Assembly (NCBI GenBank): GCA_013265495.1
Contig: MU058824.1
Span: forward strand, 3,127,111-3,191,110
Length of the DNA stretch: 64,000 bases
Direction of reading: 5' to 3'
Source of the DNA: Vicugna vicugna
Lineage: Eukaryota
Part shown: piece after piece, positions 12,475-24,599 of the stretch
Layout: each line of letters begins with the position of its first letter
How positions within the stretch are numbered: the stretch's first letter is position 1
Notes under the pieces: generated by a model
What the model was told of the DNA's origin: nothing
Database searches by the model: none
Seen by the model: only the letters and a program-made list of their open reading frames with translations
Position numbers and translations under genes: made by a program

Positions 12475-12950
12475 AGTTGATGACAAATTGAAATTATAAT
12501 GGAGTATTTAATGTTCAGGCATACAAAAATGGAGTTGGGCAGCCACTGAACATCTGGTCTCAAAAATGTCTCTGCACCACTGAGAACCTCAACTCTGAGC
12601 TGTACCAGACCCAAGGACACCATCAGCCATATTCAGAACACCTGCCAGCTGCAACATTTCAGTCCCAAGGCCTCCCTATGTAACTATGCAGCCATTTCAG
12701 ACACCAACCAATCCTTGTTTAACAAGCACCCTTACTTCTTGCCAGCTCCAATTATAATTCTTGATAAGTAACTCATGTAACTAACTATAACCTTGCAGTT
12801 TTTGCCTTTATAAGCCTCCCCTATTCTGCAGTCCAGTGGAATTCAAGTGCTTCTTGAATCTATGTCTCCCAGGCTATAATTCTCTGTTTGGCTCAGATAA
12901 AACCCCCTTCTATTTCTGTTATAGACTGTTTATTGATCCTTGTCTCAACA
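12475..12950 (+). mobile_element. ERV1-type solo LTR
   Basis: 4-bp TSD ctta on both sides. Imperfect terminal inverted repeat (agttgatgaca ... tgtctcaaca). Internal CCAAT, TATA-like tttataa near 12808 and a degenerate poly(A) signal near 12897. Confidence 0.7.
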
Positions 12951-13449
12951 CTTACAGTGGCCTATACTGATTATCCATCGTTCTCTATACTGTCTGGTCT
13001 GCCTGCTGTTGCTGGGGTTTTTTTTGTTTTTTGTTTTTAACATACCAAGGATATTCCTACCTTAGGACCTTTGCATTTGCTGTTCTCTTTACCGCCAACC
13101 TTCTCCCCCAGATAATTATGACTACCTTCATCACGTCATTCAGATTTTCACTATCCAACATGGCACACGTTTTACTCATTTTTTTGTCTTAACTTTCCCA
13201 TTCCTGTAATGTAAGCAAGTGTTCTGTTTGCTTTGTTCACTATATCCTCTATGTCTAGGAATGGGCTTGGTACATAACACACGCTCAATAAAGACTTGCT
13301 GAATTAATAAAGCCTCCTCCACCCACCCTCCTCAGAATTTTTCTAAGCTAAGTGATGAACCAGACTGTTTGCAAGCTTCTCTCATCCCCTCATTCGAAGT
13401 TTTAGCCACAAGCTGGCTCCACTCCTCTGGGACCTTCAGCACTAGAACC

Positions 13450-13950
13450 CCCGACCCCTGGCTCGAGAGTTGCCCGCGAGTACGCGCCGTCTGGCCCACA
13501 GGCTGTGAGTGCAAGGGGAAGCAACAGTACTAAGAAGGTGGGGCACACGAGCCCATACGACTGCTGGGCAAGCGTCTGCTTCCCAGGCGTCTGTCCCGCC
13601 CGCGAACGAGGCGGCAGTCCCAGGGGTACCCCCCCCAAGTCCCTCCCCACCTCGGCAACAAGCCCCGGCGTACCTGAAACCGTCCCCTCACGCAGCGGCG
13701 GCGGCGTCCGACAGGCCCCGCCTCCGACCTCACTTCCGGTTCCTGCCCCTCTCAGAAAGGCATTCTGGGAGTTGCCGTTTTCCGCCTGGCCCGTCTGTGT
13801 GCACCGCCCACGCGAGGCTTCGGCTTCGGCTCCCACGCTCCTCCGTGATACCAGGGAGCTGTGTCCCGCTGGAAGGTTGGCGCGCCTAGCTAAGCCTCCG
13901 TTTCCTCACATGTTAGCTGGGCATACAGTCTCAGCCGCGTGGCCACCGCA
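13450..13950 (-). promoter_or_regulatory. TRMT10B: CpG-island promoter and probable non-coding first exon of TRMT10B
   Basis: GC/CpG-rich segment. On the - strand: ETS site ACCGGAAGTG (13731-13740), GC box (about 13716-13723), ZNF143-type motif (13760-13778) and candidate donor CAG|GTACGC at 13674/13673. Confidence 0.8.
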
Positions 13951-16900
13951 GAGGGCTGCTGCAGGTGACCAGGGGTCTTGATGGCTGTCAATGGCTAGAG
14001 ACAGCGAAACTGGGCTGAAACTGGACTCAAACCGCCCCTCCTCTCTCATCCCGGGGGCTTTGCACTCCTCTGGGCTTCCCCACAACCAGCAGAGCCCACA
14101 AGCTGACACAGCACCCCTTACCACTACCTGGCCGTCCAGGATCATAACAGGTATCCCGGCTTGGACAGGTCACGAGTGAGTCTAGAGTCTGGCTACTCTC
14201 CCTCCTCCATCTCGCCTCACATATCCACAGGGAAACTGAGTCTCAGGGAGCTGAAGAGACTTGCCCAAGCCTTGGCCTGATTAAAAAAAAAAAAAAACCC
14301 ACTATCAGCCACTTTCCCTTTTATTCCTGCAGACCTACGGGGTCACCCTTTCGAGAGACCCTACCAGTAATGAGGCTGAAATACCTCCTGCTTCAGAAAC
14401 CACAGCCTTGTTGTATCAGTCTTTGGCCTCACAATTTTACCCCTGGAGACTTTAATTTCCACAGCTTCTCCAGCACCTCCCACCTCGTCCCCAGTCCACG
14501 CTTAATCCATCCTTTACCTGCTACTGGAGCAGCTTGTAAAATACTAAAACTAAACATGCTTTCCTCCGCAGAAGGCTCAGAAGCTAGCCTCAGCTTCCCA
14601 CTCAGTAGGACTTGCAAAGTGGCTCAGATGGTCTTCAGTGACTCCCACCACACCTAACCAGTCCCTGCACCTCGCACTCAGCTGTACCGAATACCTCTCC
14701 TCCCTCTCTGTCACTTTTCCTTTGAATGAGCTCATGACCACTTCTCCACAGAAAAGGCCACTCAGCTGGTTTCACTGTCCACCCTTTGCCAGACCCCATC
14801 CATTTACCAGATGGTTATGTGTCTCTGTTACTCCAACCTCTCAGTGGCTTCCCATTGCACTTGGATGTAAAATCTAACCTTCCCAAGGCCTTGCATGGGT
14901 GGTTCCTGGCTGCCCCTCTGACCTCATCTATCACTCTTCCTCCAGCTTGCTGTATTCCAGTCACATCCATCTTCTTGAAATGCTTTAAACACACCAAAAG
15001 CCTTTGCAGATACTGTTCCCTCTCCTCTCATTTTTACCCTGGGCTGTCTTCTTCTTAACCTGTAGGCTTCAGCTTAAACCTTCCCTCTTCAGAGCAGATT
15101 TTACTGACTACCTCAGGGAAGATTGGCTCATCCCAGTCCCATCCTGACACTGTTCATTTTCTTTATTTCACCTTCACCCATCAGTAATCTTTTTGTGTGT
15201 GTGTCTTTCCTACCAATTATAAGTTCCTAGAGGGAGACTATATCTGTTACATTGATGATTGTATTCCCAGTGCCACCGCACAGTAAATATTTGTCAAAGA
15301 ATAAGCAAACGTGATTTTTCTTCTTTTTTGAGAAACTTACTTTCCCATCTATCAAAGCCTGGCCTGACACCCAGTAGCTACTCAATAAATACTTCTTGAC
15401 ATACTAGTTCTAATTAATGCTATCTCCTACCTTCCTGCCTTCCCTAATCACCACTCTTCCCCCCTGCCCAACACCCCCAAATTACTTCTTTTTGAGCTCT
15501 CACAGCACCTTATCTGTTCTCTTTGGTGGCCATGAGCATACCATGCTTTATATTGTCTTTCTTCATCTCTGTTATCTTATCTCTTGTATCAGGAGCCCTT
15601 GAAGACAAGATTCTCACCCAATTAATTATATCCATAATCCTACCTCAGGTGCTCTGGCATGGGTGTACAATGAATGTTTGTTTAAAAAAATGAATCCACC
15701 AATGTGATAATGGGTGGGAAAGGAAGGAGTGTACATACATATCCAGTAGCTTCTCAGCCATTAAACAATTGATTCTTGGGGAGTAGGCAGTCTCATCCTG
15801 CCTGTCTCATATGGGGGGCTGTGTATCTCAGAGAAAGTGCCAAACATGGCAAACCCTCTGTACTCTAGCTTCTTAAAAAGCCATGAGGGGTTTCTCAGGA
15901 CTTCCGTGAGTATTCATGTCTCACAATAATGCTGAATATATATTTTATAACAGTCTCTAGCTGGGGGGTTATTGTGTTGATAAGAAAATGTATGCAAGGT
16001 GTCTAAATAAGGCATCTGGCACACTGTAGGCCCTCTAAATGAGACTAGTGTTATTTCCTTTCATCATTTGAGGTCCAGAGATGTGCCTATAACAACACTG
16101 CCAGGATTCAAGCCCTGACTGGGTTGAAGTCCTGAGCTCCTTCCCTAACCTGGTGACCACACAGATTGTGTTCACATATGTAAGTTATGTAGCTCTTCAT
16201 AGCTTTCTACTTGTAAAAGTATTCAAGTCCTGTGTAACATCCTATGATTTTTATTATTTCAGTGTCTTATTGTTCCTATTTTTCATTGCCATGAAATCAC
16301 TTCAAATCTGTTTTCAAGAACCTTATTTCAATTTTATTCAAAATATTCTGTGAAAAGAAACAAGCCTCTAAGAAAATTAATCCCTCCCTGGCACAAGTAA
16401 CTGGTAACAGGGGGTGGGAAGTTTCTCTTCTCTTCTCCAAGTATTGCTTTCCTTCTGATCAGCAAGAACTTGGGTATGTGGCTTAACACCCTCACCCTCA
16501 GCTCCTGCTTTTGCTAAGTGAAGGAGAGGAATTAGGGGTCTTGGAGGAGATGAATTGCAAACGAAGAACTAAGCCCACAACTTATCAGGAGCCCCAGAGG
16601 GAGAGAGGGACCCCTTGCATGAACTCTAATAGCCCAAAATGAGTGTCTAAGCCACCCTTGGCCTGGACAGAGAAGCCAGGGGGAAAAGGCATCCCAAGGA
16701 TATCTTGAAATCAGTCTTCCTGGAGTCTGAAAACAAAATGCAAGGAAGGGTTTCAGACTAGGAGAGGTGTCCATAAAGTTTGAGGATTATTACTAACTTT
16801 TATTGAGTATTTACTAGATTTCTACCCTACAAAGCAGACACTATTAGTAACCTGAATATTCAGAAGAGAAGACCTAGGTCCTAAGAGGTTAAGTAGCTTG

Positions 16901-17147
16901 TCCAAGGTCCCACCAAGATCAATGGGGATTAACTGGCTCAAGTGGGATTAGTAAGAGAGGTACTGAATATATTTCTTTTGCTCTAATATTATTCTTAAAA
17001 AGGCAAATCTAGTCCAGGGCTTCAGTGTTTGCCTTTTTAGATAGGTAAAACGGATAGAAGGTGCAGGATTCAGGAAGTGCAGTCCATGTCAGAGAAAGCA
17101 CAGAGCACACATAGGGGCAGGGGAGCAAGACATGCAACTAAGGAGCT

Positions 17148-17166
17148 TACTGCCACCTAGTGGCAA
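17148..17166 (-). promoter_or_regulatory. CTCF-binding motif
   Basis: - strand reads TTGCCACTAGGTGGCAGTA, a close match to the CTCF core consensus. Confidence 0.7.
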
Positions 17167-17652
17167 CCTATGCTTGTCTCAGCGAGGTCGCCAAGAATAC
17201 CAGACATCCAGGTGCAGGAGCTGCAAACCAAAACTTGTGAAGGGTAGAATCTATCAAATATCACATGTACTTACTCCTGTTTTCGAAGTTTATTTTCAAA
17301 TCAGTGTGATATGAGAAGTCAAGACTGTTTTTCAGTGACCTCACCTTATCCCCTCATCCCTGCTTTTTTGGGACAGTTTGTGACTTCCTCTTGCTTCCAC
17401 ACGCTCAGGGTATGCTCCTCCTAGGGTACACACATTACTGATGGCAATCTGCATATCTGTACCCACCCACAGGGGTTGTGAACATCCTGACCGGGCGCAG
17501 GGACTTGTCTTACTCATCTTTATGAATAAACTCCTAGCACAGGGTCTGGCCCAGAGTAGGTATCCAGTGAATGTTTATTGAACAAATACGAGTGAATGCT
17601 TTTGACCCGAACTTATCATCACTGTGTGATTCAGGCAAAGATTAAGCAGCAG

Positions 17653-17658
17653 TTTATT
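17653..17658 (-). terminator. FRMPD1: Candidate FRMPD1 poly(A) signal AATAAA (a second one at 17574-17579)
   Basis: tttatt on the + strand, about 107 nt past the FRMPD1 stop codon. Confidence 0.6.
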
Positions 17659-17764
17659 TGAATGCTCTAAATAGTAAACATTTGAGAGGGGTGGGTGGAG
17701 GAATGGCAGGGGCTTCTCAGGGAAGTGTCCAGGGCAGGGCAGGGAGTCTGGGCAACTGGCCTGC

Positions 17765-20145
17765 TCACAAGGCAGTGGACGCCCGGAACTTCTGGGTCAA
17801 ACAGAACACGGCGGCCGTAAGGGCCGTGCACTGACGGGCCAAGAGTTTCACACTCAGGTCGTGGTAGCCTCTCTCGCAGGTCAGCTTAGCGGCCTCCACA
17901 AACTGGTGATAGGTATACACCACATCCCTCAGGTTCCCCGCCGCTTCCCTGTGCCGGGTGGAGCAGCGACTGCAGTCTGTGAACTGGAAGCATAGGCCGG
18001 CCAGCTGAACCAAGTGCTGGAAGGTGTCGCGTATGGCACCCTGCATCTCGTCGGGGGACTGGTCCATCCTGATCACGTGCTGACAGCTCGACAGGAGCTT
18101 TTGGGAGCCCAAGCAGAGGCGGCTCCGGCTTTCAGAAAAGTGCCAGGTGCACTTCTCGGGGGGGTGTTTATTTCCATTTCCCCAGGAAGCTTCTAAGATG
18201 TCCTGTAATTCCAGCAAGCTCTCCATGAGTTGAATGAAGCCCTCAGGGTTGCTGGCAGGGGCAGCTTTCAGCTGTCTCAGAGCCCGGGAGCAGTACTCCG
18301 GCCAGATGTGGCTGTTCCTCAACAGGGGCTCTGTGCTGCAGCTGTGGGCCCGGGTGGGTCTCCGGGGCAGGGCCAGCCGGCTTCCGGGTGAGGGCGGTGA
18401 GGTGAGGGGGACTGTGGGGTACGCTTCCAAGTCCCTGTCTTCCTCCTCTGTCTCCGGCTGCAGGCCACGGAAGCACGTGGCATAAGAGAGCTGGCAGCTG
18501 CACTGCTCCATCCCAATCCTGGGGGCCACTGTCTCATTCACGCCTGCAAACCCCGAAGACGTGGCCAACCTGAGACTGGCAGAAACTTTAGGATGGCTTT
18601 CTGGGGCAAAGCACAGGAAAGACTTCTCAGCGGGAAGGCAGATGCTAGGGCTTTTGTCTTTGCTTTCTGGCAGCGAACAATGGCTTGAACCTTCTAAGTA
18701 GGGCTCCTCTTGGGGACACGGTAGTGGCTCTGGCAGACAAGGCCCTGGATTCAAACAGACCTGCTGGGGAGTGTCCTGAGGGTCAGTGTCTTTCCCTGTC
18801 ACATGGTTAAGTGGCTCTGCCTTGACCTGCTCCAGAGGGAAGGCTGATGGAATGGTCTGGTCCCTAAGCAAGTAACCTGAGTTTAAATCCAGCTCTGCCG
18901 GTTTTTGTTCATGGGCCTGACGGGCTTGGCCTGGGGTTTCTCTGCTGTGTCCTTGGGGGTCTGTGGGGGAATGTGGTGGGGTCTGCTCAGTCCCTGTTAC
19001 AGGAGTCTCCAAGGAGAGGGAGGCTATTTTTTCACCTGCTGGGGGACTGACACCAGTAGTCTGTAGAACAGCATTTGGCACGTCACCCTTGGGGTCACCC
19101 GAATCCTTCCCAGACTCATCATGAAATAAACTGGTGCCATTTTCGTCTGTAACTTCTCTATCATGTTCCAGAGAGAGCTGTCCTTGTTGTTCGTCCTTTG
19201 TAGGGAAAAAAGCCATCTTCTCTTCTGAATTTATCCCACTTTCACCACTTCTAGGCCTGTCTCGAGGAGACAACAAAGGCTCTGTGTCCTGGGGGGCAGG
19301 TTCTTGCATATGATGTGTAAATGGGTATCCCCATCCTGTTTCCAGCTGGACTCCTCCCAGCTCTCGTGTGTCTCCCCGAGAGACATCATGTGGCCCTGGG
19401 CTGATGGTCAGGCAGACTCTGTCTGGGTTTGGGTCAGCATCGGAGAGGCAGGGGGTGCTGTTCCCAAGCTCCATGGCGAGTTCTCTGGGGGCATGGCCAA
19501 CAGAGTTTTGAAATGTAGATAAGGTTTGGGAAGGCCCTTCCTGAGCAGTATCTCGACCAGATGATCCTGGGTTGTGACAGTGAGGGGTGTTTCCTGGGGA
19601 ACTGGCAACTGTGGTGGTCAGAGGGGCAATCCCAGAATTCTCTTTGTGGTTGGGGTCAATCCGGAGGCGAATGGCAGAAATAGAAGACACTCGAGAGTCG
19701 ATGACTGACTTGGTTTCCATGGTCTCAGGCTCCATCTCCATGGCCCGGGAGGCTGGGTTTTTGCTCTGAGTCTCCCTCAGGGGAGCCAGCAGTCCCAGGG
19801 CCTTGGTCTCCAGGAGTCCAGGCTCACCTTGCACATCCTGTAGAGAGGACACAGTTGGGGAGGGTGCACTGAGGGCCAGGTAGGGCTCTCGGTTGTAGTA
19901 GCAAACTTCTTCCACACTCTTCAGGGAGGCTGATGGCACCAGGGGAAATGAAACCTGACAGGTGTAGTCAGTCTGTAGGAAAGACCTTCTTTTCCTCAGG
20001 GTCTTGGCATACTTCTTCACTCCCCCTCTTCTGCTTGGCTCTCTCCCATCTGGCCCAGGATTCAAGCTGCCCTCGGGGCTGCAAGTGTTGCCCTTATTCT
20101 GCAAGCTTGTGGCACTGGGTTCTGCAGCAGAAGCTGCTCCAGGTC
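17765..20145 (-). CDS. FRMPD1: FERM and PDZ domain-containing protein 1, last exon (exon 16)
   Basis: ttgattctcag acceptor; 2381 nt open frame (G)PGAASAAEPSATSLQNKGNTC...VFCLTQKFRASTAL*. Includes the MEMEPETMETKSVIDSRV segment (region I recall as binding LGN/AGS3) and the C-terminal helical region. Confidence 0.97.
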
Positions 20146-22555
20146 CTGAGAATCAACAAAGGAAAAAGTACATGAAAAGCAGGAAAAAAGGAACTCAGAG
20201 ATCTTGGGCTCAGGACTCAGGGTTGCCTGGGTTCAAATCCCGGCAGAGCTGCGTCACCTTGGGCATGTTAAATCTTGATCTCCTCAATCTGAAAGATGAT
20301 GATGATCATTGTGGCAGACAAGTTTTTATTCTTGTTTGCCCAAGATCCATTGCCTTGTCTTTTGGTTACAGTACCCCAACTTCCTTTCAGGGAATGACAT
20401 CTCCCCAGTGGTTACAGTCTGCTGGACTTATTAACGAAGAGATCCAATCCATGTCAGCCAAGTGGTCAGATTTATGACCTAGGAAGTCAATCACAACATT
20501 TCCTAGAATTTCAAACTCAAACATACTGATTAAAAAAAAAAGGAGAGCCCATTCTTTGCAGCCACAGTATCCTGACAGTACAAAGAGGAATCCTGCTACT
20601 CAGCCTCCTGGTCTGGTTGCTGCCTGTGTCTGAACCCGGTCTTCACCTCTGCTGGCAATTCTCTAAGCTATTTTATATCCTTCTGACACTTTCTCTTTGT
20701 GTGTATGTTAACCCTAGTTATTCAGTACCAGTGGTGCCAATCAGCACTGCTATGCTGGTTAGATGACTTAGTACATATCCAGTTCCTGGAACAAGGTCTG
20801 TGCCTAATGGGTGTTCACTAAAGGGAGCTGCCACAGCTGCTGGTATTATCATCACTATATGTGTGATGGTTCCAAAGGAGCTTTCATTTGATAAAAAAGT
20901 GGCTATGACTCTCAGTCACTGGTGTGAGGGGTCTGGTGCATAACAGGGCTGATCTTTCTGAGAGAAGAAACACTTTTGTGGTGCAGTCCCGGGAAGCAGC
21001 CAAAAGGAATTAGGATCATAGCCTAGCACTTGAGAATCAGAGGGCTCTTAGACTCAGATCAGTTTTTTTCCAACCTGGCTGTACCTTATTAAAAATCTGA
21101 TCAAGTCCTAGGCTGCTCCTCACACCTCCTGAATCAGAATCTGTGAGCGTGCAATCAAGAAATTTATAGATTTAAGCCAGGTTACTTAGGTGATTCTGAT
21201 GCCTCGCTAAATTTTGAAGCTGCTGTCCTAGGCCACCTTCAGCCACTGACCAAGGGTGTTTCTCAAGCCACAAACGGAGTGGCTCCCACAGTGAATCAGG
21301 GGCCAGGCTAGACCCCAGGCTCAAGAGTCCCAGGTCTGGGCTGTCTCCACAGCACCTCATTGGCTCGTTGCAAAAACAGGAGTGTCCAGTGTGGACCTTA
21401 TATCCTTGACTGGACTATCATAAAGAAAGGCCTTGACTAATGATCAGCTGCACCCCCATTTTGCTCTCAGCACAAAGGCTGGCCCAGCAGGGCAAGACTG
21501 GTGGCATGGATTGCAGTTGGCTGGGTTCTCTGGGGAGCAGGGCACAATCTGGCCATGGGTTTCTACTTAGGGGCACAGTCAGTTAATGAATTCAGGGTAG
21601 ATAGTGGAGAATTCATTCATTCATTTGGGAACAAATGCCAGGCACTCTGTGCCAGAACACAGAGATGAGTGTGAATGCACAGTTCCTGCACTCAAAGGAG
21701 TTTTCGGCTTAGTAAAGGAGAGAAACATCAACATAAAAGTTCCACAAATAAATATGCAATTACAGGCAGTGCTAAGTGCCAGGCAGGAAGCACTCACAGT
21801 GGTGCAAGGCATGTGACAGGAATGGGGACACCTGCCTTAGTCTTGGTGGTCTGTTTAATATTCCCAGAAGTGAGTTTCCCGGTGGGGCCAGATGGATGAA
21901 TGGGCATCAGCAGCCAAAGATCAGGGTGAGGAATGTTTCAGGTGGAAAGAGCAGCATGTGCAAAGGCCAGAGGTAGGAAAGAGCTGGGCACAATTAAAGA
22001 ATGGCAAGGAGGCCTGTGTGGCAGGAATGCAGGGAGAAGGCTCAGGGGAAGGACAGTGACAGGCAGAGGCCATGTCACAGAGGAATCTGGAAGAAATATG
22101 ACCAATGGATCCCCTGCCCTCTTATGTCAGAGACCCTTAAGGGCCACCAACAGCCTGTCAGTTAGGTTCTCCTTGCTTCGAGGCCTCATTTAATGTAGCT
22201 TCAGGGTCAGTAATGACACGACCCCCTCCCTCTGCTGGGCACCCATTAAACCCTTTTCTTTCTGTGTAAATTTTGTCCATCTCACAAAGCCTGGCCCAGG
22301 TGCCACCTCTCCTGGGAAGCCTTCCCTGATTCCCACCGTTGAATTAATGCCTCTTTTTTCTGCTTGCCCACAGTTCTCTGAACCTCCTTTGTAGCCCTGA
22401 CTTAAAGTCACGACGCGTGTAATTTGGTCCACTGAGCCCAGGCAGCCCTCCACAGGAGAGGACAAGGACCCTGCTTTACTCATGTGTCTTCCTTCAATCC
22501 TGGTTCTTGCTCCCGGTGGGCACCGGGAAGCTGCCCGCACAGTACACAGGCTCAC

Positions 22556-23344
22556 CTGAGAGGGTGTCTGGGGGTGTGAGCTTGTCAGCTGCATCATAGT
22601 ACTCCTCATCCGAACTGCCATCCTCCAAGGCCAGGGCTTCCAGAGTGGAGCTGGGCTGTGCCTCAGTCCCGCCCCGCTGGTCCCAGGATGCCACGCCCCC
22701 GCCCTGGCGGGAGGCTGCGCTGTCTGAGCTGTCAATCAGGCGGCTGGCCGGGGTGACACTGGAGCGCAGGCTATAGTAGTCAGTCCGGCTGTCCTCGTAC
22801 AGCCTGGGGTCCAGCCTGACTGTGCTCAGTTCTGGTCCCCAGCTGAAGGTCTCAGGAGCGGGACTCTCAGAAAACTCTGCCTTCTGGCACTGAGGGTTGG
22901 CTTGCTGGGTCAGGTCCAGGAGACAGAGGAGGCCACTGGTTTCCATCCTGCTCCTGTCCTCTTGGCTGTCAGAATCAAGACTCTCTGGGAAGCCTGGTGA
23001 GCCCAGGTGGAAGAAGCCAGACCTGCCGGAGGAGCAGGCGTCCAGGTCGTCCTCTTCCAGGGCATCCATGGACTCGCTTGAGCCGCTGGTCCTGCAGCCT
23101 CGGCTCTCAGTGTTGGCCGAGTCAGACGCCTCGGACTCAGCACTGTCTGTCATGCTGTTGGTCCCACAAGTGCTAGGGCCTTTCCTGGCCACCTCTGGCG
23201 TGGTGCTGTCCTCAGGAGGCTGCTCCTCCTCTCCAAGTGTCCTGCAGGGGCCCAGCTTCAGCAGGCGTCTGTCAGAGAGAGGCTCCAGCACGCAGTCCAC
23301 TTCAGAGGACTCCTCAGAGTCACTGCACGCCCTGGATTCGTAGC
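22556..23344 (-). CDS. FRMPD1: FRMPD1 exon 15
   Basis: (G)YESRACSDSEESSEVDCVLEPLS...EDGSSDEEYYDAADKLTPPDTLS; ttgcag acceptor, gtgagc donor; 789 nt. Confidence 0.96.
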
Positions 23345-24122
23345 CTGCAACCCCGGAGACACCAAGAGTTACAAGACAGTATTCGGGGAATGTCAGATGC
23401 TTACGTGTCCTCTGGCTCCCACTCTGCCTGCTCTCCCAGCTTCCAGATAAGAGAACTGAGGTCCAAAAGGGTGACAGGCCCAGATCATGCTGCACTGACA
23501 CAGGATCCAGATTCCATGTTCTCCACACAATATCAAGTCTCCTATCCCATGTCTATCTGAGCCACCTAAAGGAGACAGGGTTACATCCATCTCCAAGGAG
23601 AGCTATCTGTTCACGGAAATGTGTGGGTATTTAGTTGGATTTCACTTTGCTGTGGGCAGCATCACCCAGATTTGCTAAGCCCCTCCTAAAAAACTCAGCT
23701 CTGTCCTGACTGGGCATCAAAATCAGATAAGAGAATCATATTTTTAAAAAAATAAAACAGATCCTTGGATCTAGCCCTGATGTACTAAGTCTAATATTTA
23801 GGGAGTGGGGCCTGAGAATCTTTATTTTTAGTGACATTATGGGGGATTCTGGGGCTGCTAGGCTGGCATCATTCTGAAGCCTGGCCTAGGGACCTACTGG
23901 TGCTACAGAGCTTTTAGGAACATGAGAAGCCTCCACCAGTGGTACTCGAGAAGGATTCATGGCGAGAGGGTAGGGGGACAGGTCTCCAATCTCTCCTGCA
24001 CCATTAGCCTGCAGGCATGATCTTCCTAAAAACTCTCTGATCACATCACAGAGATTAAACCCTTTGATGGTTTCTTTTGCCTACAGGGAAGAGCCTGAGC
24101 TCTCCTACTAAGGTTAGGACTT

Positions 24123-24286
24123 CTCCCAGGATGGCCCTGATCCCTCAGCAGCCTGGTCACCCTCCCCCAGGATGGCCTTGATCCCTCGGCAGCCTGGTCA
24201 CCCCCTCCCCCAGGATGGCCCTGATCCCTCAGCAGCCTGGTCACCCTCCCCCAGGATGGCCCTGACCCCTCAGGAGCCTGGTCACC
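24123..24286. repeat. GC-rich minisatellite, 4 copies of 41-43 bp
   Basis: Unit caggatggccctgatccctcagcagcctggtcaccctcccc starts at 24127, 24168, 24211 and 24252. Confidence 0.95.
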
Positions 24287-24599
24287 TGCTGCAGCCTTCC
24301 CGCGCTCCAGCCACTACAGAGAGCTTCTCACAGATCACGACCTTCCTTCCCTTTTGTGTCACGCCTCCACTGTGTCCCCTCTGCTTCAAATGATCTCTCC
24401 TCCCTTCCTTGCCTGGTTAACTCCAGCATGTTCTTCACTGCCCATCTCAAATACCTCCGCTCCGGAGGCCCCCTCTGACCACAGCCGCCTGCCCTGGCAG
24501 AGGCCGCGCCCCGCCCTAGGCCTCCACAGCAGCCCGCTCCCCTGGGCGCTGTCTCCCTGACCAGACTCCCGGGTATCAGCCCTTGTTCATAAATTGTGT

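Noticed and set aside
13332..14179. Overlapping 60-158 aa ORFs on both strands
   Set aside because: Expected in a stop-poor CpG island; Pro/Arg/Gly-rich with no recognisable domain.
22897..23343. 148-aa + strand ORF
   Set aside because: Antisense shadow of FRMPD1 exon 15.
24123..24286. Direct-repeat array as CRISPR-like
   Set aside because: Units are contiguous with no unique spacers, in a mammalian intron; it is a minisatellite.
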